Shown here piece by piece: positions 1 to 10,326 of a stretch of 64,000 nt of DNA. How positions within the stretch are numbered: position 1 is the first letter of the stretch; each line of letters begins with the position of its first letter. The position numbers were made by a program, and so were the translations under genes. The DNA comes from a bacterium. Its GTDB lineage: Bacteria; Patescibacteriota; Patescibacteriia; SG8-24. The notes under the pieces were generated by a model. The model made no database searches. It was not told the origin of the DNA and saw only the letters and a list, made by a program, of their open reading frames with translations. The DNA lies in assembly GCA_023246195.1 (NCBI GenBank), contig JAHFIW010000002.1, positions 4,259 to 68,258 on the forward strand, given 5' to 3'.

Positions 1-1
1 T

Positions 2-96
2 TTATCCCCATGGGTACTGTAAGTTTTATCCCAGCTGCTCCCAATACACTTATGGTGCTGTGGATAAGCTAGGGGTAACTCGCGGACTTATCCTCG
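2..96. promoter_or_regulatory. Cluster of DnaA-box-like 9-mers: TTATCCCCA (2-10), TTATCCCAG (25-33), TGTGGATAA (59-67, perfect reverse box), TTATCCTCG (88-96). An AT-rich tract follows at 150-200. Possible oriC fragment or DnaA-regulated region.
   Basis: Read directly from the sequence. Consensus TTATCCACA. The window is truncated on the left. Confidence 0.3.
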
Positions 97-172
97 GTGC
101 CGGAAGAATCTTACGCTGTAATCCATGGAGCAAGGGTGGAAATGATCCGGTCCCAAACAAAAAATAATGGCT

Positions 173-397
173 TTATATAGCCATTATTTTAAATATTTTT
201 TTGGATGCCGTTCCTCCTCTAACCAGACTTATACACGATTTTGGGACATGGAGATGTTCTGACAACATGTCCACAATGTCCTTATTCGCCTTACCTTTTT
301 CTGGAGCCACGGTTGTCCAGATTTTGAGCGAACCGTCAGGCATTTCTTCCACGGCTCGCCTGCGGGCGCCTGCACGAACGGAGACGGTGAGGAACAT
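173..397 (-). CDS. DUF167/YggU-family small protein (UPF0235)
   Basis: 74 aa. Contains the motif ...DGSLKIWTTVAPEKGKANKDIVDMLSEHLHVPKSCISLVRGGTASKK.. typical of YggU proteins. Confidence 0.5.
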   Translation of the reverse strand: MFLTVSVRAGARRRAVEEMPDGSLKIWTTVAPEKGKANKDIVDMLSEHLHVPKSCISLVRGGTASKKIFKIMAI

Positions 398-403
398 AGG
401 GAT

Positions 404-1240
404 TTACTTGTTCTTGCCACGTAATTTTTTGAGGATCGCGAGGTCCTCGGCGACATGGTCTGGGGGCGTTTCCAAAATCAGGTTCACGTTGGAGAAGGCT
501 TTTGATGTCACGATCGCCTCGAACCCCTTTTTGCCGATAAAGCCCTTTCCGAGATGTTCATGGCGATCCTTGTGTTCGCCGATGTCCACTTTTGAGTCGT
601 TGCAGTGAGAGAGTTCCAGCTTCTTCAGGCCGATGGCCTTGTCGAAGGCCTTCATGGTCTTGGTGACGGCTTCGGTGTCGCGCAAGTCGTAGCCTGAGGC
701 AAAGGCGTGGGCGGTATCGAAGCACACCCCAAGCATTTCGTTATCGACGCCATCGAGCATGGCGCCGACTTCCTCGAAGGTATCGCCCATGACCATGCCG
801 GCACCAGCCGAAATCTCGATGAGAAGGCGGGCGGTGCCAGCGTATCCCTTGAGAATCTTCTTGATGCCGCCGATGACGAGCTTGACGCCGGCCTCTTCGC
901 CTACGCCCGAAGCGCTTCCCGGATGAAACATCATTGCCGTCACGCCAAGCAGCGTGCCGCGCTCAAGCTCGCCGCGGAGGATCTCTATCGATGACGCGCG
1001 GATGCGCTCCTCTTTGGAAGCCAGGTTGATGATGTAGGGCGCGTGAATGTAACACTTGTCGAAACCGCTCGTTTCACAGGCTTTGCGGAATTTTGCGATT
1101 TCATCCTTTGGGATTGGCCCTACGCGACTTCCCTGGGGCGGACGCGAAAAGAACTGGAAACATTCGAGGTCGAGAGCTGCCGCATTGAGCGGGGCATTGG
1201 ATACGCCGCCAGACGCGGAGACGTGCGCGCCGAATTTCAT
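404..1240 (-). CDS. nfo: Endonuclease IV (AP endonuclease, Nfo)
   Basis: Full-length similarity to Nfo TIM-barrel: HAPYIINLAS, metal-binding H/D/E pattern, GVCFDTAHAFASGYD, LHLNDSK-like HCNDSK. Confidence 0.85.
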   Translation of the reverse strand: MKFGAHVSASGGVSNAPLNAAALDLECFQFFSRPPQGSRVGPIPKDEIAKFRKACETSGFDKCYIHAPYIINLASKEERIRASSIEILRGELERGTLLGVTAMMFHPGSASGVGEEAGVKLVIGGIKKILKGYAGTARLLIEISAGAGMVMGDTFEEVGAMLDGVDNEMLGVCFDTAHAFASGYDLRDTEAVTKTMKAFDKAIGLKKLELSHCNDSKVDIGEHKDRHEHLGKGFIGKKGFEAIVTSKAFSNVNLILETPPDHVAEDLAILKKLRGKNK

Positions 1241-1306
1241 AAGGGAAAACAAAAAGTGGTGAACCTGTCGTCCACCACTTTACCACTTATCTTGCGGAAA
1301 CCTCCA

Positions 1307-2596
1307 TTATTTCTTTCCTGTCGCCTCGTCTCGGAGCATCGCCAGCACCTTGCGGTTACGCATGGAGGAGCGGACATAGTCCTGATATTCCTCCGTGCGA
1401 ATTTGCGTCTGCGCTTCGGCGTTGCCTGCGTAGTGGTTTATCAGGTTGCCGATTTCGCTGAGCAACTCGTCATCGGAAACCTCCACGCCCTCCTTTTCCC
1501 CGATTTCGCGGATGAGCACTGCGGTCTTTACGCGCTTCACGGCTTGCGGAACGAATTCCATCTTGAGTTCATCCTCGGTCTTCTTGATGTTGAGAAGATA
1601 GTCGGCCCAGGTGGCGCCCTGTTCGACGACACCTCGCTGAAGCTCTTCCATCATGCGCTTGACCTCATCATTGAGGATGACTTCCGGAACGTCGTCGAAG
1701 CGTCCTTTTTCGACGAGCTGATCGAGGATGGCGAGTTCGACACGCTGGCTTTCTTTCAGGGCGGCCTCATCAAACATGTTCTTCCTGACGAGCTCTCGCA
1801 GTTCGGCAACGCTGGCTTGTCCAACTTTCTTGGCGAGTTCGTCGTCGATGGGCGGGTGCTCGAGGTCGTAAACCTCCTTGAGGGTGACGGCGAAGTCGAC
1901 GTCCTTGCCCGCGAGGTTCTTTTGGAAATGCGTGTCGAGGAACTTCAGGGAGAATTCACGCTTCTCGCCTTCTTTCATGCCGAGCACTTTTTCCTTGAGT
2001 CCGGGAATGTAATATTCCTCATTCAGGAAGATGCCGTGGTTGCGCGCTTGGCCGCCTTCGAGAGGAACGCCGGCGATGGAAAGGTCCATGTCGACGACGA
2101 TCTTGTTCTTCTCTTGGGCCTCATGTTGCGCGCGGACTTCGGCGGTGTGCATGGACTGCAGCTCCTTGAGCGCCGCTTCGACTTGGCTGTCCTCTACCTT
2201 TGGCTCCTTCGTTTCCACCTTGATGGAGCGATAGTCGGGCATGCTGGTGATGTCCGGAACGGAAGCGCAGGTCGCCGTGAAGGAAATCGGGTTACCCGGA
2301 GCGAGTTTGGTGACTTCGATCTTCGGTTCGCCGTAGGTGTGCACGTGGTTCTCGGTCACGGCCTTCACGTAGTGCTTTCGGAAGATGGCAGGAAGAGCCG
2401 TCTCATAGATGGCCATCTCGCCATAGGCCTGCTTGACCATGTCGTAGGTGGCCTTGCCGGGACGGAAGCCCGGCATGGGCTTTTCCTCGGTGAGTTTGCG
2501 GGCGGCAGTCTCGAGCTCATTCTTGACCTCCTCGATGGAGACGTCGCAGGCAATCTCTACCATTCCGTTGGGGAGCTTTTTGATGGTGGCGGACAT
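1307..2596 (-). CDS. tig: Trigger factor (ribosome-associated chaperone / PPIase)
   Basis: 429 aa. N-terminal ribosome-binding region (GFRPGKAT), central FKBP-like region and C-terminal arm. Typical length. Confidence 0.9.
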   Translation of the reverse strand: MSATIKKLPNGMVEIACDVSIEEVKNELETAARKLTEEKPMPGFRPGKATYDMVKQAYGEMAIYETALPAIFRKHYVKAVTENHVHTYGEPKIEVTKLAPGNPISFTATCASVPDITSMPDYRSIKVETKEPKVEDSQVEAALKELQSMHTAEVRAQHEAQEKNKIVVDMDLSIAGVPLEGGQARNHGIFLNEEYYIPGLKEKVLGMKEGEKREFSLKFLDTHFQKNLAGKDVDFAVTLKEVYDLEHPPIDDELAKKVGQASVAELRELVRKNMFDEAALKESQRVELAILDQLVEKGRFDDVPEVILNDEVKRMMEELQRGVVEQGATWADYLLNIKKTEDELKMEFVPQAVKRVKTAVLIREIGEKEGVEVSDDELLSEIGNLINHYAGNAEAQTQIRTEEYQDYVRSSMRNRKVLAMLRDEATGKK

Positions 2597-2726
2597 AAAT
2601 GATGATGCAAAATAAGCCCTGATAAGTTCGGACTTTAGCGGAAAAACTTGGGGGTGTCAAACTGCGGAGAGGCGCAGTGCGAGGCGGCAGCATCTTGTGG
2701 TAAGTAAGTCGAAAACAAAAAACGGC

Positions 2727-2752
2727 CCGCGTGATGCGAGCCGTTTTCGTTT
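2727..2752 (-). terminator. Intrinsic terminator downstream of the pyrophosphatase gene
   Basis: Minus-strand hairpin ACGGCTCGC..GCGGGCCGT followed by a T-run. Confidence 0.4.
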
Positions 2753-2757
2753 CCTTC

Positions 2758-4803
2758 TTACAGTCCTGATGCAGTTTTGGCTGCGGCTGCCATCATGGCG
2801 ACGATGAGCAGGGCGGTGATGTTGAGGATCTTGATCATCGGGTTAATGGCGGGGCCGGCGGTGTCCTTGTAGGGGTCTCCGACGGTGTCGCCGGTGACGG
2901 CAGCCTGGTGGGCGAAGGACTTCTTGCCACCGTAGACGCCGGACTCGATGTACTTCTTGGCGTTGTCCCAAGCTGCGCCGCCAGTCGTCATGGAGACAGC
3001 GAGGAAGATGCCGGTGACGATGGCACCGACAAGCATGCCGCCGAGGGCTTCGATGCCGAGCTGTTGCTTGAAGAGGACGGCGACAATGATTGGAGCGCCG
3101 ATGGGGAGCAGCGCAGGGATGACCATTTCGCTGATGGCCGCCTTGGTCACGATATCCACGCATTTTGCGTATTCCGGTTTTGCCGTGCCTTCCATGATGC
3201 CGGGGATTTCACGGAATTGGCGACGGACTTCCTCTACCACGCCAGCTGCGGCGCGGCCGACGGCTTCCATCGCGATGGCGGCAAAGAGGTAGGTAACGAC
3301 GCCTCCGAGGAAAAGGCCGATGAGGACCCTTGGGTTGGACAGGTCGAAAATGGCCGGGTCGCCAAGCTTGAGCAACTCTTCCTTAAAGGAAGCGAAGAGC
3401 ACGATGGAAGCGAGGCCCGCTGAACCGATGGCGTAACCTTTGGTCACGGCCTTGGTGGTGTTGCCGACGGCGTCGAGGGGGTCGGTGATGTTGCGGACGG
3501 ATTCCGGGAGGCCAGCCATTTCGGCGATGCCGCCGGCGTTGTCGGTGATCGGGCCGTAGGCGTCGATGGCGACGATGATGCCGGTAAGCGACAGCATGGA
3601 CATCGAAGCGACGGCCACGCCGTAAATGTCAGCAAGGGAGTAGGCGCCGGCGATTGCTCCGCAGATGAGGAGCACCGGGAGCGCGGTGGAACGCATCGAG
3701 ACGGCAAGACCGGCGATAATGTTGGTGCCGTGACCGGACTGCGACGCGGCGGCGATGCGGCGAACGGGAGCGTACTCCGTCCCCGTGAAATATTCGGTGA
3801 TCACTACCAAGAGTCCAGTGACGGCCAGGCCGATGAGCGAAGCCAGATAGAGATGAAGAACCGAGTAGGAGCCGTTGTCAGCCATGAGCCACTTGGTCAC
3901 CGGCCAGAAAAGGACGGCCGAGACCAGCGAGGCGACGATGAGGCCCTTGTAGAGGGCGTTCATGATGTTCTTGGTGGCGCCGAGGCGAACAGCGAACGAA
4001 CCGGCGATGGAAGCGACGATGGAAACCGCGCCGAGCACCAGCGGATAGACGATGGCGTTCTGATTGCCCTCGAAGGTAAGCGAGCCGAGAAGCATCGCCG
4101 CGACCGCCGTGACCGCATAGGTCTCAAAGAGGTCGGCAGCCATGCCCGCGCAGTCACCGACGTTGTCACCGACGTTGTCGGCTATCACGGCCGGGTTGCG
4201 CGGGTCATCTTCCGGAATACCTGCTTCCACCTTGCCGACGAGGTCGGCACCGACGTCAGCGGCCTTGGTGAAAATGCCTCCGCCCAAGCGAGCGAATACC
4301 GAGATGAGCGATCCGCCGAAGCCAAGACCGACGAGCGCGTCGACGGCACCGGGGTTGCCCTTGGTGAGCGCGTAGAAACCGGAAACGCCAAGCAGTCCGA
4401 GGCCTACCACGAGCATGCCGGTGACCGAACCGCCGCGGAAGGCGACGTTGAGCGCATCAGCCATGCCGTTCTTGGCAGCTTCGGTCGTGCGGATGTTGGC
4501 GCGGACCGACACCTGCATGCCGATGTAGCCGGCAAGTGCGGAGAGCGAGGCTCCCACAAGAAAACCGGCAGCCGTTAAGAAGTTCAACTTCACCCAAAGG
4601 AGGACGAAGATGACGATGGCAACCATACCCGCAGACTTGTTCTGGCGGATGAGGTAAGCCGAAGCGCCTTCCTGAATGGCCTTAGCGATGGCCTTCATCT
4701 TATCGTCGCCTTCTGGTTTTGCCAGCACCCAGCGGATGAGGACTGCGCCGTAAGCGATGGCCGCCAATGCCGCAAGAATCGCGAGGAATAAAGGTGTACC
4801 CAT
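2758..4803 (-). CDS. hppA: Membrane-bound proton/sodium-translocating pyrophosphatase (V-type H+-PPase)
   Basis: ~680 aa polytopic. Hallmark motifs [19 protein letters not shown] and DNVGDNVGD. Start chosen at MGTPLF. Confidence 0.9.
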   Translation of the reverse strand: MGTPLFLAILAALAAIAYGAVLIRWVLAKPEGDDKMKAIAKAIQEGASAYLIRQNKSAGMVAIVIFVLLWVKLNFLTAAGFLVGASLSALAGYIGMQVSVRANIRTTEAAKNGMADALNVAFRGGSVTGMLVVGLGLLGVSGFYALTKGNPGAVDALVGLGFGGSLISVFARLGGGIFTKAADVGADLVGKVEAGIPEDDPRNPAVIADNVGDNVGDCAGMAADLFETYAVTAVAAMLLGSLTFEGNQNAIVYPLVLGAVSIVASIAGSFAVRLGATKNIMNALYKGLIVASLVSAVLFWPVTKWLMADNGSYSVLHLYLASLIGLAVTGLLVVITEYFTGTEYAPVRRIAAASQSGHGTNIIAGLAVSMRSTALPVLLICGAIAGAYSLADIYGVAVASMSMLSLTGIIVAIDAYGPITDNAGGIAEMAGLPESVRNITDPLDAVGNTTKAVTKGYAIGSAGLASIVLFASFKEELLKLGDPAIFDLSNPRVLIGLFLGGVVTYLFAAIAMEAVGRAAAGVVEEVRRQFREIPGIMEGTAKPEYAKCVDIVTKAAISEMVIPALLPIGAPIIVAVLFKQQLGIEALGGMLVGAIVTGIFLAVSMTTGGAAWDNAKKYIESGVYGGKKSFAHQAAVTGDTVGDPYKDTAGPAINPMIKILNITALLIVAMMAAAAKTASGL

Positions 4804-4899
4804 AGTCGAATGAGGTGGCAGCTTGCATGAGCTGCACTCAAGTTTAGTAAATAAAAAATAGCTTTTCAGCAACAATAATAGGAAATTGAGGCTTTTCTG

Positions 4900-4940
4900 T
4901 CAATAAAAAGACCCGACACTTGAAGTGTCGGGTCGACTTG
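4900..4940 (-). terminator. Intrinsic terminator after the HD-domain gene
   Basis: Minus-strand hairpin GACCCGACACTTCAAGTGTCGGGTC followed by TTTTTATT. Confidence 0.45.
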
Positions 4941-4973
4941 GGGAGATTCCCCGCAGCTTCATTCAGAAGAGGT

Positions 4974-5633
4974 TCAGTCGTCGTCTTTGTCGGACTCGGC
5001 TTTGGCCAGCTGCTCTTCGATGTGGATGACCATGTTCTTGCAAGACTCGCGCACCCTCTCCGCGCCTTTGCCGTAGCGCTTGGGAACTTTGGCGACCGTC
5101 AGGTCGAGGACCGCATAGTACTTGCTTACGGTCTCGATGACCTGTTTGCGCTGAAACTCCGGCGGGCTACTGGTCATGGAGCGGAGGTTGTCGAGACGGT
5201 CGCAGGACTTGAGCAGGAGCTCGCGCCAGCTTCCGAACCGCATCAGGTTCTTCACGTAATCCGGCTGGTAGCTACCCTGGCGCGGCGGCACCTTCGTGAC
5301 CATGTTGACGATGTTCGCCACCTTTTCGCCGAAGTAACACTGAATTCGTTCCTTGGTGAGGAATCGGGTGTCTTCCGTCCCGTCGTGCAGGAATGCCGAG
5401 ATGATCAGGTTGACATCGCGGCAGTGTACTTCGTCAAGCAGGATGAGGGCCACGCGACGCGGGTGTTCGAAATATCGCAATGGCTGGTTGGTATCAGGGT
5501 CTTTCTCGTCCTTGCGGGTTTGATGGCGGTGTGAATGTTTGGCCAGGACGTAAGCCAGGTCAATCATCGCCAGATCTTTCGGCGCAAACAGCGGCCTGAT
5601 TCGCTCGTAAAACGTTTCGTACGTTTCTTTCAA
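4974..5633 (-). CDS. Stand-alone HD-domain protein of the RelA/SpoT hydrolase type (putative (p)ppGpp pyrophosphohydrolase)
   Basis: H..H.GQ-like HSHRHQTRKDE, YFEHPRRVALIL and HDGTEDT motifs. No synthetase domain. Probable TTG start at 5633, preceded by AAGGAG. The longer ATG ORF begins at 5672. Confidence 0.65.
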   Translation of the reverse strand: MKETYETFYERIRPLFAPKDLAMIDLAYVLAKHSHRHQTRKDEKDPDTNQPLRYFEHPRRVALILLDEVHCRDVNLIISAFLHDGTEDTRFLTKERIQCYFGEKVANIVNMVTKVPPRQGSYQPDYVKNLMRFGSWRELLLKSCDRLDNLRSMTSSPPEFQRKQVIETVSKYYAVLDLTVAKVPKRYGKGAERVRESCKNMVIHIEEQLAKAESDKDDD

Positions 5634-5883
5634 AGGGCGTCTCCTTTTTATTCCGACAAAAAAACATAGCATAATTTTGCGCGCAAGTCAACGTGCTGAG
5701 GGGTGGCCTGTGCGAAAGATGGTTGACACTACGTGGCGGGGTTGTTACCATTTTTCAGTACATTGAGGGACGGAAGAGAGGTCAAATTTACGCTTAAACT
5801 AGCGTAGAAATAGCTGCTACCATAAGAAAAGTAAGCCTTTTCATATACCTCGAGCCGCCAAAAAAATCGGCATTAAGCTCCTC

Positions 5884-7263
5884 TTGGGAGTCTTCAAAGG
5901 GTTAATGGGCTTGAAAAAGGTCTTAACCCTTTTGCTTTTGATGGTGAAGCGGCCATTTTTTTGGCTTTGTAGAGCGATTTTATACCCTTTGGTGGGGTTT
6001 TTTTACCTGGTATATCGTGTCATTAAGAAGCTGGCCCTCCGCTTATCGGAGTACATGCGTGATCGGGCCATGGGTTTATTGGCTAACCGCTACGCAATTC
6101 ACGCCATTGTGATCGTCTTGGCTTTTGCCGTGACCACTACCAATTTGCACGCTCAGGGAACCGGCACTCAACCCGATGCCAATGCGCCACAAAGCATTCT
6201 GGGCACGCTCACCCAAAATGAGGCGGATGCCGTGGTCATCGAAGAAGCTGGCTCCCAAAATGTGAATTCTTCCGAAGGTGCTGCCTACTTGGGTAGCCAG
6301 GCATTGAGCTCGCACGATTCCGCAGCCCAAGCCGATCAAAATCAGATGGATCCGTCCGCCGTAGACGTAGAGGCTTACGTCGAAGATCCCAGCGAGCTTA
6401 CGCTTTTTTCTCCGACGGCAAATGCCGTTCGCGTGCAGCCCGAAGTCGATGGCGGCAACGCTCCGTCCACTCGCAGCAAGGTTGAATCCTATGTCATTGC
6501 CGACGGTGACTCCCTTGGTTCTATCGCTCGTAAGTTTGGTCTCCGCACAGAAACCCTTTTGGCATCAAACGGACTCACCGTGCGCAGCGTGATTCACCCC
6601 GGCGACACGCTTAAGATCATGCCTGTCGACGGTGTCATTTATAAGGTGAAGTCCGGCGACACTGTCAACCGTATCGCCAATGCCTTCGGTAGCGATCCTG
6701 ACAAGATTATCGAGATGAACGGCTTGGCATCCGGCGCGGGACTGGCTCTTGGTCAGGAGCTCATTCTTCCTGATGGAAAATTGCCCGCTCCGCCGCCGCC
6801 GAAGCGTCCGTCGCGCATCGCAACCAACATAAGGGAGATTTTCGTGACGCCTCCTCCGTCACCTGACCGCGAAGACAGTTCGGATAACATGATTTGGCCA
6901 ACGGCAGTCCGCCGTATTACGCAGTACTTCGGCCATTATCGCGGAGGGTCGCGGCACACCGGTGTCGACATCGCGGGTCCGCAAGGTACGCCGGTGTACG
7001 CTGCCGAGGATGGCGTAGTCGCGCTTGCCGGTTGGAATAACGGCGGTTACGGCAACATGGTTCTCATCAATCACGGCGGCGGCATCTTCACCCGCTACGG
7101 TCACGCGTCCAAGTTGATTGCCAAAGCCGGTGACACCGTCAAGAAAGGCGATGTCATCATGCTCATGGGCACCACGGGAAACTCGACCGGCCCTCACTTG
7201 CACTTCGAGGTCATGACCGGCACTCCGCAACATCGCGTGAACCCGCTTGATTACATCAGATAA
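5884..7263 (+). CDS. LysM-domain M23 family metallopeptidase (cell-wall hydrolase), N-terminal membrane anchor
   Basis: Two LysM-like segments (GDSLGSIARKFG, GDTVNRIANAFG). M23 catalytic motifs HTGVDIA...GYGNMVLINHGGGIFTRYGH...GNSTGPHLHFEV. Confidence 0.85.
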   Translation: MGVFKGLMGLKKVLTLLLLMVKRPFFWLCRAILYPLVGFFYLVYRVIKKLALRLSEYMRDRAMGLLANRYAIHAIVIVLAFAVTTTNLHAQGTGTQPDANAPQSILGTLTQNEADAVVIEEAGSQNVNSSEGAAYLGSQALSSHDSAAQADQNQMDPSAVDVEAYVEDPSELTLFSPTANAVRVQPEVDGGNAPSTRSKVESYVIADGDSLGSIARKFGLRTETLLASNGLTVRSVIHPGDTLKIMPVDGVIYKVKSGDTVNRIANAFGSDPDKIIEMNGLASGAGLALGQELILPDGKLPAPPPPKRPSRIATNIREIFVTPPPSPDREDSSDNMIWPTAVRRITQYFGHYRGGSRHTGVDIAGPQGTPVYAAEDGVVALAGWNNGGYGNMVLINHGGGIFTRYGHASKLIAKAGDTVKKGDVIMLMGTTGNSTGPHLHFEVMTGTPQHRVNPLDYIR

Positions 7264-7350
7264 GCGTTCCGCGTGACGTATGAAAAATGGGGCTTGCAGC
7301 CTCATTTTTCATACGCAAATTTTCTTGATGTCGCTTGCGTGAAAGTAGCG

Positions 7351-8868
7351 TCAATTTCCTCGGCGTTCGCGATAGTGAATCGCTTCGGCGACGTGTGTCG
7401 CAAGGATGCCGTCCTGTCCGTCGAGGTCGGCGATGGTTCGGGCAAGCTTGATGACGCGTACGGCCGCACGCGCGGAGAGCTTGAGCCTGTTGGCAGCGGC
7501 GACGAGAAGCGAATCTGCATCGGGCGGAAGCGGGCAGAGTTTTTTGAGCATGGCGTGACTCATTTCCGCGTTGGTGAAGATCCCGTGCTTTTTGAGGCGG
7601 GCGTATTGCCGGTCACGGGCAGACTGAACCCTTTGGCGGATTACCGCGCTCGACTCTTCCTCGGAGCCGGCGAGCAGGCGACCGACGTCGACCTTAGGAA
7701 CTTCGACGTGCAGGTCTATCCGATCCAGGAGCGGGCCGGAAATTTTGCGTCCATACTTGGCGACTTGCGCGGGGTTGCAGCTGCACAGCTGATCGGGGTC
7801 GGTGGCGAATCCGCAAGGGCAGGGATTTTGCGCTGCCACGAGCATGAATTTTGCCGGCAGCCGTACTGTGCCGCTGGCTCTCGAAATAGTCACGAAACCG
7901 TCTTCCAGCGGTTGGCGCAGGTTTTCCAGAGCCGAGCGCGGGAACTCCGGGAACTCATCCAGGAACAGCACTCCGCGATGCGCCAACGTGACTTCGCCGG
8001 GCTTGGGGAATGAGCCGCCGCCGATCAGCGCCACGCCCGATGCGGTGTGATGCGGAGACCGGAACGGGCGTTCGGTCATCACCGCGCCAGCCTTGATGAT
8101 TCCCGACGCGCTGGCGATCTTGGTGACTTCGAGCATTTCCTCCTTGGTCATCGCCGGCAAAATCGAAGGCAATGCGCGCGTGAGCACGGTCTTGCCTGAA
8201 CCGGGCGGTCCGGAGAGCAATACGTTGTGTCCGCCAGCCGCCGCGATCTCCAGCGCGCGCTTCGCTTGGTGCTGGCCCACTACCGACGCGAAGTCGGCCT
8301 CGGTGCGCGCCTGCAGCAACTCCGGCAGCGGTCGCGGTTCCGACTGTTGGATGATTTCCGCGCGCGTGAAGTGGGCGATCAGTTGCGACAGTGAGCTAAT
8401 CGCGAATACGCGAACGCCGGAGGCGAGAGTCGCTTCTCCGGCATTTTCTTTTGGCACGTACAGTTCGTCGATGCCGCGTTCCGAAGCCATCAGCGCGATC
8501 GACAGCACTCCAGCAACCGGCCGCACGCTGCCATCAAGCGCGAGTTCTCCGACGAACAGCCGATTCGGATTTTTGTGGCGCGGCACCGCCCCGCTCGCTT
8601 CGAGTATGGCCACCGCAATCGGCAGATCATACGACGGGCCTTCTTTTTTGATGTCGGCAGGAGCCAGGTTCACGGTGATGCGCGTGCGTGGAAAGGGGAG
8701 TCCTCCGTTCTTAAGCGCTGTCTTGATGCGCTCCTTCGATTCTTGCACTGAAGCGTCCGGGAGGCCGACAATGACGAAATTGGGCAAGCCCTGAGCGATG
8801 TCAGCTTCGACATCTACGGGAGAGGCATCGATGCCGACGAGGGCGGCGGATTGGATGGTTGCGGGCAT
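7351..8868 (-). CDS. comM: YifB/ComM family Mg-chelatase-like AAA+ ATPase
   Basis: N-terminal Lon-protease-like domain, Walker A GPPGSGKT and a C-terminal Mg-chelatase domain. Start chosen at MPATIQSAALVG. Confidence 0.85.
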   Translation of the reverse strand: MPATIQSAALVGIDASPVDVEADIAQGLPNFVIVGLPDASVQESKERIKTALKNGGLPFPRTRITVNLAPADIKKEGPSYDLPIAVAILEASGAVPRHKNPNRLFVGELALDGSVRPVAGVLSIALMASERGIDELYVPKENAGEATLASGVRVFAISSLSQLIAHFTRAEIIQQSEPRPLPELLQARTEADFASVVGQHQAKRALEIAAAGGHNVLLSGPPGSGKTVLTRALPSILPAMTKEEMLEVTKIASASGIIKAGAVMTERPFRSPHHTASGVALIGGGSFPKPGEVTLAHRGVLFLDEFPEFPRSALENLRQPLEDGFVTISRASGTVRLPAKFMLVAAQNPCPCGFATDPDQLCSCNPAQVAKYGRKISGPLLDRIDLHVEVPKVDVGRLLAGSEEESSAVIRQRVQSARDRQYARLKKHGIFTNAEMSHAMLKKLCPLPPDADSLLVAAANRLKLSARAAVRVIKLARTIADLDGQDGILATHVAEAIHYRERRGN

Positions 8869-9019
8869 GGCGTGCGCGGTTATACGCGCGCAGTTCTTAT
8901 CAGGCCGCTCAATATCTCGCAAGGTTTTATCGCTCAGTACCGGCCCGTCAGCGCGCAGGAGGAGATACGCGTCGCGCAGTCATTCCAAGCAGTAAAAAAC
9001 CGCCCAAGAAATTGGGCGG

Positions 9020-9358
9020 TCAGATTTCGATGACGGCAATGGTCGCGTCTGCCGGAGAGCGCTCTCGCAAGTACATCGCCAGCACGACATTCGAGGCAAA
9101 ATGCGACCGGTCGAAAACGAGCCAGAGATACTCGTCACTGCCGTCGTCGGCTTTGCGTATGCCAAGCGGCACCACGCCGGAATCACGAACCTCGCGGACG
9201 ATGGCAATCAGTCGGTCTCGTACTTTCGGCTTGGCTTTCTGCACCTGGTTGTACAGGCGCGTCACCAGCGTAATGAGCTTCACCATCGCTTGATCCTTTT
9301 CTTCGGTGCGAATTCCTATTCGCGTGCGCATCTCAACACGAATGGCCTTGCGCGTCAA
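9020..9358 (-). CDS. Hypothetical small protein
   Basis: 112 aa ORF co-directional with lspA and comM. No motif recognised. Confidence 0.35.
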   Translation of the reverse strand: MTRKAIRVEMRTRIGIRTEEKDQAMVKLITLVTRLYNQVQKAKPKVRDRLIAIVREVRDSGVVPLGIRKADDGSDEYLWLVFDRSHFASNVVLAMYLRERSPADATIAVIEI

Positions 9359-9422
9359 AGCCGCTCCGCTACGCCAAGCTACCCAAAAAAAGAGAAGCCG
9401 CGGCGTCTTACGATTCCGCTTC

Positions 9423-9887
9423 TTATGAATCTGCGGCGTTGACCTGACGCGACGGCTTGGCGAAGCACAACATGCACAGCGCCACGATGATCATGCCGTC
9501 GGCGACGTTGACGGCCGATCGGTTAAAGAAAATGAGGTAGTCCGAGGTGGCGCCGGTATACCAACGGTCCATCAAGTTGGAGTTTGCGCCGAGCAGCACC
9601 ATCCAGTACAAGCCCGCGCGCGTAAAGTCGCTGCGAAAGGCGCGTGCAAATAAAACCGCCAGTAGCACGAAGATGGTGATTGCTGCCGGCCAAAAAATCG
9701 CAGAAGCCAAGGGCAGACTGAACGCAATTCCCGTGTTTCGGAAGTACCAGAAGGCCACAGCCTCGCCGACGAAGTAGGAGTGGCCTCGCAACGACCAATA
9801 CTTGCAGAGGCGGTCGACGACAAAGAGGGCGGTGGCGGTGACGAACCACCCGTTATGAAGGATGGGAAATTTCTTGAGGAGAGTCAT
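9423..9887 (-). CDS. lspA: Lipoprotein signal peptidase (signal peptidase II)
   Basis: ~155 aa, four TM segments. Conserved FRNTGIAF and NVAD boxes of peptidase A8. Start at MTLLKK. Confidence 0.75.
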   Translation of the reverse strand: MTLLKKFPILHNGWFVTATALFVVDRLCKYWSLRGHSYFVGEAVAFWYFRNTGIAFSLPLASAIFWPAAITIFVLLAVLFARAFRSDFTRAGLYWMVLLGANSNLMDRWYTGATSDYLIFFNRSAVNVADGMIIVALCMLCFAKPSRQVNAADS

Positions 9888-9954
9888 TGGATTGTCTGCT
9901 ATCAAAATGCCGACCGTTTTTTCCGGTCGGCATTTCGGCCGGACTTTGGAGAGT

Positions 9955-10326
9955 TTAGAATTCCTGGGTAAAAGACTTCTTGCACTCAATGCAGGAGCTC
10001 GATGCGGGGCGGGCGCGCAGGCGTTTCTCGTCAATCTCCTTGTTGCAGTACTTGCAGATGCCGTAGGTGCCCTTCTTGATGCGCTCTATGGCCTTTTCTA
10101 CGTCGCGCAGCGAAGATTCGATGGTGCGCTCCAACGTGAGGTTCGTACTGAACATGTTCACTTCTTCGGCGTTTTCATCCTCCTTATCGCCCATGTTGGG
10201 AAACTCCACGCTGTAGCTTTCGTTGTTCTTTGGATTTTGCTTGGCAAATTCTGCCAGTTCGCCGCGAAGTTTGGCTTCTTCTTGGGTCAGCAGTCCTTCA
10301 ACCTCCTTGAGAAAATCTTTTTTCAT
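9955..10326 (-). CDS. DksA/TraR family C4-type zinc-finger protein
   Basis: Coiled-coil N-terminus and C-terminal CxxC-17-CxxC (CKYCNKEID...CIECK). Confidence 0.75.
   Translation of the reverse strand: MKKDFLKEVEGLLTQEEAKLRGELAEFAKQNPKNNESYSVEFPNMGDKEDENAEEVNMFSTNLTLERTIESSLRDVEKAIERIKKGTYGICKYCNKEIDEKRLRARPASSSCIECKKSFTQEF

Noticed and set aside
1043-2602. 519-aa plus-strand ORF
   Set aside because: It is antisense to the clearly recognisable trigger factor gene.
7273-8013. 246-aa plus-strand ORF; also 8093..8794 and 8859..9293
   Set aside because: They are antisense to comM/yifB and low-complexity.
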